A stretch of DNA of 64,000 nt from the human T2T-CHM13v2.0 reference genome, Homo sapiens: assembly GCF_009914755.1 (NCBI RefSeq), contig NC_060925.1; one strand, given 5' to 3'. The translations under genes were made by a program, and so were the position numbers. Positions 52,411-64,000 of this stretch are shown here, piece by piece (within the stretch, counting starts at the first letter, position 1; every line of letters starts with the position of its first letter). The notes beneath the pieces were generated by a model, which saw only the letters and a program-made list of their open reading frames with translations, had not been told where the DNA came from and did no database searches.

Positions 52411-53204
52411 AGAGAATGGGAGTTTTTGTTTTCTTTTAAGTGAAAGATACGAGCTTGGTTATAGGTCTCTGGGAAGAAGCCAGCAGGGTGGGAGAAGTTG
52501 GATGCCTAACAGGGACGGAACACCTAGAGAAGCAAGTGTGGGTCCTGAGGAGATGGGAATGGGACATGGACAGGGAGTTGGCTGTGAACTGGATACGGAT
52601 TACCTCTCGCTCTGAGCTGAAGGCAGGAGCTGAGGGGGTACATATGCAAATCCATTTTCAGATGTTGAGTGACCATCCACATCTGCTGGTCCTGATTTTC
52701 TTGGTTAAGGAGGAGTCAAAGACACTTGTCGAGAAAGAGTGGGTAACAGTTGTGGTGGGGGTTTGAGAACACCAGAGTTGAGAATGGCCATTGTGGTGCA
52801 TGGGAGAAGGAGCCGACTGTTTGTATGTACAAGAATTACCAAGAATTCCAAACAGTTGTAAGGATTGCCAAGCAATGCCAAAGGTCCAGCTGAGGTGGGT
52901 CGCTGTGCATTTGTAGCTGGAGCAGTCTTCAGTGCTGATAACATTTCTCCAGTTGTACTCAGTGCCAACTGCTGTCTGATTAGCCTGCTGAAAACGGTCC
53001 TGAGCAGGAGTGGAGGGAAGTCCTACAACCTGTATTACCTCCAAAGCAGCTCAACCAGACTGAGGAAATGCTAGAATGAAGGTATGTGGGCTTTCAGTGA
53101 GCTCATCCAAGACAGGTAGTCAAGAAGGCTGTGAGAAAGGTAGGCTGGCCTGGCAGTCTTTGGTATAGTCCAGCAGTTGAATTCCAGTTACCTATTGCTG
53201 TAAC

Positions 53205-54546
53205 TGTAGAAAAAACAAACTCAGTTCCTCCCACTATGCTCTCACAACACATTTCTGACAACAGATATGTGGGGATTTCTCTCCACTGGCAAGCAAGCAA
53301 GCAAGCAAGCAAGCAATTCAGCAGTGGGCACCAACTGGGTGTCTTCTAATCCAGTGGTCTCCAAAATTTTTGGCACCAGGGATTGGCTTCATGGAAGACA
53401 ATTTTTCCTCGGACAGGGGTAGGGGGGTGGGGGATGGTTTCAGGATGATTCAAGTGCATTACATTTATTGTGCACTTCATTTCTATTATTATTACAGTGT
53501 AATATTTAATGAAGTAATTATACAACTTACCATAATGTAGAATCAGGGGGAGCCCCGAGCTTGTTTTCTTGCAACTAGACAGTCCCATCTAGGGTGATGG
53601 GAGACAATGCCAGGTCATCAGGCATTAGATTCTCATAAGGAGAATGCAACCTAGATCCCTTGCATGCGTACTTCACAATAGGGTTCATGCTCCTGTGATA
53701 ATTTAATGCCACAGCTGATCTGACAGGAGGAGGAGCTCAGGCGGTGATGTGAGCCATGGGGATCTACTGTAAATACAGATAAAGCTTTGCTCCCCACCTG
53801 CCCCTCACTTCCTGCTGTGCAGCCCAGTTCCTAAGAGGTCACTGACAACTACAGGTCTGGGGATTGGGACTTCTGCTCAAATTCAATTGAATTCCAACAC
53901 TATCTAACTGGAAATAGCATCAGGTGACACAAGTGAAGGGCTCAGTCTCACAAGACACTTCTGATACTCCAGGATGAAGCCCCAGGTTGTTTTACCTGTG
54001 CTTTTGACCAACCAGTTATAAATGGGGGTTCCCACCACCTGCATCTTGGGTTCAATTAATTTGCTAGAGTGGCTCTCAGTACTCAGGGAAACATTTACAT
54101 TTATCAGTTTGTGATAAAGAATATTACAAAGGACACAAGTAAAGAGTACATAGGGCAAGACCTGTGGGAAGGGGCTTGGAGCTTCCATGCCCTCTGGTGC
54201 ACTACCCTCCAAGAACCTCTCTGTGTTCGGCTCTCTGGAGGATCTCCAAACCCTGTCCTTTTGGGTTTTTATGGGAGCTTTATTACTTAGGAATGATTAA
54301 TTAAGTCATTGGCTATTGGTGATCAATTCAACCTTCAGCCCCTCTCCACTTCCCAGAGGGAGTTTGGAGGGTGGAGCTGAAAGCCCCAATCCTCTGACCT
54401 TGCCATGATCTTTCTTGTGCCCAGCCCCTGTTATGAAGCTACCTAAGAGCTGCCAGCCATCAGTTACCTCATTAGCACACCAAAAGACATCACTTTGGAG
54501 ATTCTAAGGATTTTAGGAGTTGTATGCCAGGAAAAAGGATGAAGAC
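53205..54546 (-). mobile_element. MER21-like LTR interrupted by a MER1 DNA transposon
   Basis: MER21-type sequence on both sides of 53352-53876; (GCAA)n at 53289-53316. Confidence 0.65.
53352..53876. mobile_element. MER1A-like hAT DNA transposon
   Basis: CAGTGGTCTCCAAAATTTTTGGCACCAGGG...GGGGATTGGGACTTCTG imperfect terminal inverted repeats, about 525 bp. Confidence 0.75.
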
Positions 54547-55015
54547 TGTATAAAGGACCCTTGACATAACTAACTCCATCTTAGAAAAAGACTCCATTTT
54601 ATATTTCGTAGGGCATTTGGCCAACAAGATAAAATGTTCTAAGAAACAAATTAAAAATGATAAAGACTGCAGCCGACCAAATAAGGCCACAGACAAGCAC
54701 ACTCTTCCAACTTTCAGTTCTTATCACAGGACTCCACGACTAAAAGAGAAGGCCTTCAGCAGCTTGAAATGGCTATCTTAGCTGACACTGTCTTGCAGTC
54801 ACTCATGATGATAATTTGGCATCTGCCACTGAAGGCTCTGCCACCTCAGACTCTTCTTTGCAAGACCAACGGGTAGCCAGGCCCAAACCAGGCCTCCTTT
54901 GTTCTTCTTAGATCCTCATCAACAGGCTTATTAACCCTTTCTCCTGTCTCTTTTTCCTCTTGATGTTAAATAGTACTTAGTTTGTTGTGGAACGTTTAAC
55001 CTATAACATTTATGT
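54547..55015 (+). mobile_element. ERV1-type LTR fragment (family not identified)
   Basis: TG start followed by paired ACTCCATCTT/ACTCCATTTT motifs typical of ERV1 LTR 5' ends. Confidence 0.5.
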
Positions 55016-56511
55016 AAATGTTATAGGTAGAGAGGATTGCCATATTTGGGAGAGAGGGTCTCTCTCTCTCTCTCCCACTGGACGTGAACAAGGGCTCATT
55101 TTGTCCTAAGGTCTTGCTGGCAGCTATCGTTAAGACTTTATAACATTTAGGAGCTATACAGCTTCTCTTTCTGCTGTAGTCTAATCACCAGAAGTTATAA
55201 GCCCACCCAGATTCAAGGGTAGAGGATGTAGGCCTCATTTCTTGATGGAGAGAGTGTCAAAGAATTTGCAGCCGTGTTTTAGTGCTGCCACAACTAGCTA
55301 CTCTAATACACTTTAAAGATTTCTTGATTCTTCGGTGGTGTGATTAGAGTAAAATCCTGAAAAATAGAAAGGCCTGGGGGAAGGGGAGACTGTAAGATCT
55401 AGGGAAGGGAAGATTTTTTATCCTATTCTAAGAACAATCACAGGAAGAAGGGAGGTAGTTGGTACTAACTAGAAAGAAGCAAGTCAGACAGACATTATCC
55501 ATTCATCCCCTCCCAGGTCCAAGAGTTTGCTTACGATTATAAACAGCAAGAAGACTGTATTTCGTGATGCTCTCTTAGCTCAGGGCTACAGAGCAATGCT
55601 GTTGTATGTAGGAAAGAATGATTTCTTGAACTTGAATCCACAGTAGGTTCTGAGTTTTTTCCAACTCAACAATTGCTATGACTCAGTTAACTCAACAAAT
55701 AGAATATGATGTACTAGCCTGATATCCATCCCTCTCCCTCCCTTCTAATATAACCTTGATTCTATTCAGGAATCACCCTCATATGCAGAGGTGGATCTTG
55801 ACTGATCTAAGCCACTCAGGGTGTAGCATTCCCCTGGCTTTTATTGGTTAAGTGGGAGAAGACGGAACTTTGTCCTAAATAGGGCCAATCTGGTAGAGGG
55901 GAGTGCCATGTTTGGGAGAGATGATCTCTCTCTCCCACTGTACATGAACAAGGGCTCATTTTGTCCTAGGTTCTGCTGGCAAAACCTAAGATTTTGAAGG
56001 CAGCCAGTCTGAGGTCAATGCCAAATAGCCAAGGAGGACAGAGTGGAGGGATAGAATATGGTCTTGGTGACATCACTGAGCTTCTAACGCAACCAACCCA
56101 GATTTCTTACAATTTCAAGTAAATTTCCCTGCTGTTTAAGCCAATTTAAGTCAGGGCTTGTTACCTTCATCCAAAGGCATCCTAGTGAATACCTTGGTAT
56201 TTACTGAGTACCTACTAAAAAGATAAGAAACTCTCTTTCTGGAAGGAGCTAATAATGAACAGGGGAGGAAACTTGACATTTAATGAAGAAGAAAGAAATG
56301 CTGACATGGAGACCAGGAGCTCTAGACCTAGCTATGTCACCCAGGGTGACCACCGATTAAATTGTCTAGATCTCAGTCTCTACAATCATGAAATGAGAAA
56401 GTGGAGTGTGGACTGTATGTTTGCTAAGATCTCCTCTGGCTAAATTACTGTGTCTTAATGTCAACTAGAGGAAATATGATGCCCCCACTTTTTTTTTTTT
56501 TTTTTTGGTAA

Positions 56512-56883
<372 letters not shown>

Positions 56884-57112
56884 TAAGAAAATATTCTGCT
56901 TGCTTTCTTTTTTAGAGATGAGGTCTCACTGTGTCAGCCAGGCTGGATTAAAAAACTCCTGGACTCAAGCAGTCCTTCTGCCTCAGCCTCCTGAGTAGCC
57001 AGCACTACTGCCTGGCTTCTACTTGCTTATTTTAATATTAATAACAAAATATAGTAAGCTCTGAGCTTTAAATACAATAGATATCAAAATTATTTAATAA
57101 AAAATATTCATG

Positions 57113-57560
<448 letters not shown>

Positions 57561-59323
57561 TCAGAAAGACACAGTTACTGGGACAGTAAAAAACAAAACA
57601 AAACAAAAACCCACAAAAAACTGAGAGAGACACCCAGGTTTTCAAATATGGTGTCTTAAAAATAGATAGAAAATGCATGAAGAGCAAGGCATCTACTGAG
57701 AGGTCTGGAAACAGACACACCTCGAGATACATCATACAAAGGCAGTCATGGGACAAGGAGAGAACACTTTCACAAAACCAGGAAGAGATAGACAGACAAC
57801 AAGGGAAAAAAAGCACATGGGATTGAAGTAGATTTTGTGGGATGACCTTAAGCTGCACCTGTTTTCTTTGGCTGTGGTTATTAAAATAATATGACCTGTT
57901 GACATACAAGAACTTTCTAAAATTTTATGCTATAGCCAAGAGTGAGTTTTAAATGCCCTGCCTTGTGCTATCTCACATCAGAACATGCTTAGATGCCTCC
58001 CAGACTTGCAAGTTTTTAAAGTTTCAAAAAGAGAGTGATGGCGATGTGTTATGGGAAGGATACTGGCCAAGGAGGAAGGAAATCTCAGTTTTGGTTTCGG
58101 TCTGACAGGGGTCAGTTGTCAAGCCACTTCTCTTCCCTGAACTTGTTTCCTCATAGCAAAGTGAGGTAATCGGGCTAGATTATATCTAACTCTTTCCATC
58201 TTAAATATTCTCTAATTCTGAATGTTGCCTTCCAGTGGTAATTTCTAGATATTGCAGAATGTAGTAGCCTTTGTCTTCTAAAAATCCTAATGAAGGCAGC
58301 TTTTGGGAGCCAAAAGGATTTTCTAGCAGAGCTAGCAAGTTATACTTCTAAGAGTTAAAAGTTAATTATAAAAACTAAATTCATGCTTCTGCTCATGTGC
58401 AAAATCTTCAGAATCTACCAGAACAATAAAAGGTAACACCAAAAAGAAAACGTAGTTTTTGAAAAAGTTTTTGAAAAAGAAGTGGAAATACTGTTTTGTG
58501 TTGTTCTGTTTTTATCCGTGCCATCCCACTGGAGAAGAGAGAAAGGTTGGCAACATCATTGGGAGTATGAGCAGAGCTCAGAACCATCCCTAGAGACTCA
58601 GTCCTTGTCCCTTTCGCCAATATTTTGTTATTGTGGCTTTAAGCACTTTTTGGTTTGAAAATACACGCGTGATCTATATATGTTCTTGTTGCAAATAAGT
58701 GAAACAATTCGGACGTAAATAAAATAAAAGTAACAGTGAGATTTAATGACTCCCTCCCCCAATTTCACTCCCTTCCTCAGAGGTAACCCCTTAGAAGCTT
58801 GTAGTATATCTTTCCAGAACTTTCCCCATACACTTATATTCATATAAGCACACATCCACCTATATGTATTTATATTTTCTTCATTTTTGTTGTTATTGTT
58901 AGCATAGTACATAATGCATATTATTCTGCAACTTCCTTTTTTATAATGATTCCACATATACATAAACACCATGTTGTTTCACCATGTTGGCCAGCTGGTC
59001 TCGAACAACTGCAAACTCCACTCAACATCTTTCACATTTCACATTAAATGGGAGGAGAAATGCTTAAAAAATGTATTTGAGGGTGTGTGGAAAGGAAGAA
59101 ATGGTATTACTTTGACTTTCTTTTTTTTTAAAAAGATTTGGGTCATTTTGGCCACCAAAACAGGAACTTTATCCTGTATGGGCAGTTGCCTACTGCACAG
59201 CCATTTCTTCCCTTCTTCTTTGCTAACGGAACTTGATTTCGTTTAGCAATGTTGTGGTCATGAGCTGTAGAGAAGCCTAGACCTTTTCCAGCCTCAGTGT
59301 GTGAACTTTCAGTTAGTCTAAAC

Positions 59324-59505
59324 CAGTGGTTCTCAAATTTGAGCTACATCAGAGCCATTTGGAGGGCTTGTTAAAAACACAACTTGGTGAGCTCTACTCT
59401 ACCCTCCGAGTTTCTGATTCTGGTGGGGCTTGAGAATGTGCATTTCTAACAAGTTTCCAGGTAATGCTGATCTTGGCACAAGGACCACACTTTGAGAACT
59501 GCCGC
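59324..59505. mobile_element. MER5A DNA transposon within an old MLT1-like LTR
   Basis: CAGTGGTTCTCAAA...TTTGAGAACTGCCG terminal inverted repeats. Confidence 0.75.
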
Positions 59506-60639
59506 TCTAAGCCAATTATGGTGTTCTATTGTCTTGCCATGCTTAGGACTAAGCATATGATACAGTTCTGGACAATTAATCCTCAGGGATAATCTGCTAG
59601 AGGGATTCTGGGACACAGGAAGTAACGAGTTCTTTCTCAGTCTTTGGACATGGTGATGCTTAAAGATGTGATGCTGGGAGCTACTACGGCAGCCAACTTG
59701 CTTCCAGAGAAGACTGGCTGACATGCTGAGAGTAGCAAAGCAAAGAGAGGGAAGAATCTGGGTTACTGATGACATTATTGTAGATTAAACAGCTCTGGAG
59801 CTGCCCTAACTTCAAGAAACTTAATATGTGAGATAGTAAAACATTTATTGTTATTTAAGCCATTTGAGCAGAATTTTCTGTACTTGCTTCAGAAAGCCAC
59901 CTAACTGATTCATTCATACCCCTCTCTCTCAGTGCTCAGGGAGACTCCAGCTGATGTAGCAGCAGAGCAATTTACTTGAAGCATGATTTTGGATATTTTA
60001 GGTTGTTTCTAATTTTCATTATCATTCAGTAGCTCTGCAAAGAGTAACAGTGCTTTTGTATATTTTGGGATATTTCCAAAGGTCATTTTCCCAGAAGCAA
60101 AATTACAATGTCAAAAGTACATGAATTTCCAAGGTTTTGATAGTTTTTCCAAATCTCTTTCCAAAACAATTGTTTTAATTTCTACCCTATTCAGAAATAT
60201 ATGCAAGTTCATTTAATCACGTTCTTTTTTCTTAATTGTGGGCAATTTCATAGCTGAGAAATGGGGTCTCATAATTTTTATTTGCATTTATTTGATTACT
60301 AGTGTGGAATCAACATTTACCATGTGTCTGTCAACCAGTTGCATTTCCTCTTTCATATTGCTATTAGATGGAAAGCACTTAGCACCATGTCTGGCCCTCT
60401 TGGATATTTATTTTTTGTTTAACTAAATGTTTTTGGGTTTCTCTATTGATATCCCTGCCTTTGCCTATTTATCAAAACTCTATGTTCTTCTCATTAATTT
60501 CTTATATAATAAAAATACCCCTTTGCAGGGAGACATGAATTTTTACACATTTTTTTTCCAGTTTGCAGTTAGTAGTTTGTTTTTGGTTGGTTTTAGTTTT
60601 GTATCATTCCGAAATTTAAAAGTTTTATGAAGGTGTTTT

Positions 60640-60920
60640 CTTTTCTTTCTTTCTTTTTTTGTTTTTTTTTTTTTTTTTTTTTTTGAGACAGAGTCTCACT
60701 CTGTTGCCCAGGCTGGAGTGCAGTGGCATGATCTCCGCTCGCTGCAACCTTTGCCTCACTTCCTGGGTTCAAGTGAGCACGTTCGGCTAATTTTTGTATT
60801 TTCAGTAGGGACGGGGTTTCACCATGTTGGCCAGCTGGTCTCGAACTTCTGACCTCATGTAATCCGCCTGCCTCCGCCTCCCGAAGTGCTAGGATTACAG
60901 GCATGAGCCACCACGCCTGG
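60640..60920 (-). mobile_element. Alu with internal deletion
   Basis: Antisense dimer missing part of the right arm near 60775. Confidence 0.88.
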
Positions 60921-62426
60921 TCTCTTTTCCTTCAGAGAATTTACTCAAGATTCAATTCTATTATCCTCTGGTGTATCCATAGCTTGATTCGTGTGTTTCA
61001 CTCTATGATCCTTATGAAACAGATTTGCTTGTATTCTGAGAGGAGCTGTCTGCTTAACAACTTGCCTGGCTCGAGGGGCTTACTAATGCCTTTTAGCTCC
61101 CTGCTTTTTGACTCTCTTTACAACTCTCCTTAGAACCCAACAAAAAGAGACATAAAATAAGTGACATAAAAATGTGAAATGCTTAAACCATTTATTTTAC
61201 ATTGCTGACTTTTTTCCATGTATCTTTCCTTTCTGATTAGTACTTAAAATCAAGGCAGAAGCACCTTAAAGATAGAAATGGCTAAATATTCTTGAACCTT
61301 TCAATCGTAGGATGCCAGAACAGGCCTCTAGAGTAGAAAATGTCTATACTGAGATCAAAGAGTCTCCCCTAGAGCAGAGTTTGTTGTATTCTGAGTATGA
61401 GGAGAGTAGGACAGTGTGATGGAGCTGCAGTGGAGTAAATGGGTTTTGGTACCACAGTGCTTTACAGAACACATTAAGGAGTTTGGGTTTTGTCGTGAGG
61501 GTGTGGGGAGCCACTGAATTATTTGAAGCAGGAAAGTGACATAATATAATTTGTACTTTAACAAAATTACTCTGGTTGCTGCTTGTAAATAGGCTGGAGG
61601 AGTAAGACTGGGAGCAGAAAGATGAGTTGGTCTCTTGCGGTAGTCATGGTGGCAGATGAAGATAGCCTCAGGCTAAGGTAATGGTGGTGGGGTTGAGATA
61701 TTTAGCAAGGAGAACTGGCACAATTGGATGTGGGTTATGAAAGAGAATGTGGGAATCACAATGATATCCAGATTCCTGCCTTAGGAGGTGCCATTCCCTG
61801 AGGTGGGGAATATGATGGAAAGAAGCTTAGCTGGAAGGGGTTGTGGAGAGATGGTAAGTTCAGGTTTGGATATTCTGCGTTTGAGGTGCCTGTGGACATA
61901 GCAGGGGAGTGGTCAATATCAGCTGGGTAACTGGAAGGAGAAATCTGGGCTAGAGCTAGAGACACAGACTGGAGCTGAATTGTGCTTTTAGAAAATTAAC
62001 TGGAAGCCAAAGAGATGACTCCTTATTTGCTGATACCTTGCAGCAGGTCTATTTCCAGTGACAAGGAGGCAAGTTTGAATTGGTTAGAGCCTCATTCACA
62101 GTTCTTCAAATGTTCTTGTCAAGTATTTACTTGCTACTAAGGAGGATGGCTTCAACCTTCCCCAGGACCATTTTCCAGCATCCTTCAGCATGTTTGCTTA
62201 GGACCAAGTTCCCACCCTCCTGAATTTTACCCTTGCTGGAGACACATGCACTTGATACAGTTAAAGGGCAAAACAGGCCTGATGGGGAGGTTCCAACGCA
62301 TTTGCGTTGCAGACCGTAGGCGTTAGAATCTAACTCCTAGTTTTCTACTACAACTTCAAATGCCACCCTCCTCACTAAGGGTCTAAAGCCAGAGTGCGGA
62401 TGAATGAATCAAGCCTTTCTTTCTGA

Positions 62427-62836
<410 letters not shown>

Positions 62837-63924
62837 TGCTCTGGACTCTTAATCTCACTCCCCTAGACCATTAGTTGGCTGTTTGTTGCATTAAACCACT
62901 CAGATCTCTCTTTCATTTCCTTGTAAACTGGATTCCTTTGTCCTGCAGAAGAGATGTACACTGTCTACTTTTGTTTCAACAGAGGGCAGTAGAGAACAGC
63001 AAACAGTTTACATTTCTAAGCCCAGAAGAAACAAAACAAATCCATTTACAACATTCTCCCCAGGTCAAGGTACCCAAAATATGGCACACTGTGCTTCGTG
63101 TGTTCATAAATGGGGCATGTCTTTGTGAAAGTAGGGCAGATCCCGGAGAGTCAGCGACTCGTAGACGACTCTTCCTCTTGTGAACAACAGTTTAGTTATG
63201 TGTAACTCATGGAAGGCTTTATGGAGAAGGAGTTTGATCTTGAAGGATAAGTATGAGTTGGCAAGATAGCTTTGTTCACAGAAAGCAGCATGGGCTCAAA
63301 CATGGCAATAGCATGGCAAGCTTGGGGAAGTTAGGAATAGGATTGGGCAGAATCTGACAAGACCGCAATATACCTCAAGACTCTAGGTGCTGGAATCTTC
63401 AGTATGGCACATAGCATCCTGTGCCGTGGGGCAGCTGTGATATTACATACACTCTCAGATGCTATGTGCCATCCCGAAGTGTTTGAATGTCACTTTGAAG
63501 GGTTTAATATCATCCTGAAAGCAATGTAAAATCATTGAAGAATTTTGAGTAGGGTGGTGATCTAACCTATTAGGCAATTTGAGATTTTCTTGTTTGTTTT
63601 TAATTGAGGTATATCATGGTCTTGTTAATCTTTTAAACTTTAGCCACCCAGGTGGGTATACAGTGATATTGTGTTTTTAATGTGCGTTTCCCTGATAAGT
63701 AGTGACTTATTATCTTTTTATGTGCTTATTTGGTCATTTGGATATCCTTTTTTATGATGTTTCTGTTTAAGTCTTTTGCACACTTACGAATTGGCTTATC
63801 TTCTTCTCATTGATTTTTAATAGTTTTTTATGTATTTTAGATATGTCTTTTGTCAAATATACCTATTACAAATATTTCTCCTACTCTGTGGCTTTCCTAC
63901 TAACTTTTCAAATGATGTCTTAAT

Positions 63925-64000
63925 TTTTTCTTTTTTTTCTTTTTTTTGAGGCAGAGTCTTGCTCTGTCGCCCAGGCTGGAGTGCAGTGGCGCAAGCTTGG
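63925..64000 (-). mobile_element. Alu 3' end, cut by the window edge
   Basis: poly(T)-GAGGCAGAGTCTTGCTCTGTCGCCCAGGCTGG. Confidence 0.85.

Overview
Human (primate) genomic DNA from the low-affinity Fc-gamma receptor cluster (chr1q23.3). It contains the complete FCGR2A gene (+, 7 coding exons, 317 aa, Arg131 allele), intronless HSPA6 (+, 643 aa) and the complete FCGR3A gene (-, 5 coding exons, 254 aa, Phe158 allele). Four apparently intact tRNA genes (Gly-GCC, Leu-CAG, Gly-TCC, Asn-GTT), two degenerate Asp-GTC copies and a split RPS23 processed pseudogene lie between them. Alu, L1, L2/MIR, MaLR, ERV LTR and DNA-transposon repeats are dense throughout. The most striking structure is that the ITAM-encoding last exon of FCGR2A lies inside a two-LTR endogenous retrovirus and reads in frame as the cytoplasmic tail of its decayed env gene. 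The ancestral FCGR2B-type ITIM exon survives as a splice-dead fossil just beyond the 3' LTR. Also present: an APOBEC3-type G-to-A hypermutated ERV env/LTR fragment, three short locally templated insertions, a near-spacerless inverted Alu pair and a young AluYa5. Repeat family names are from recognition of consensus sequences by eye and were not computed.
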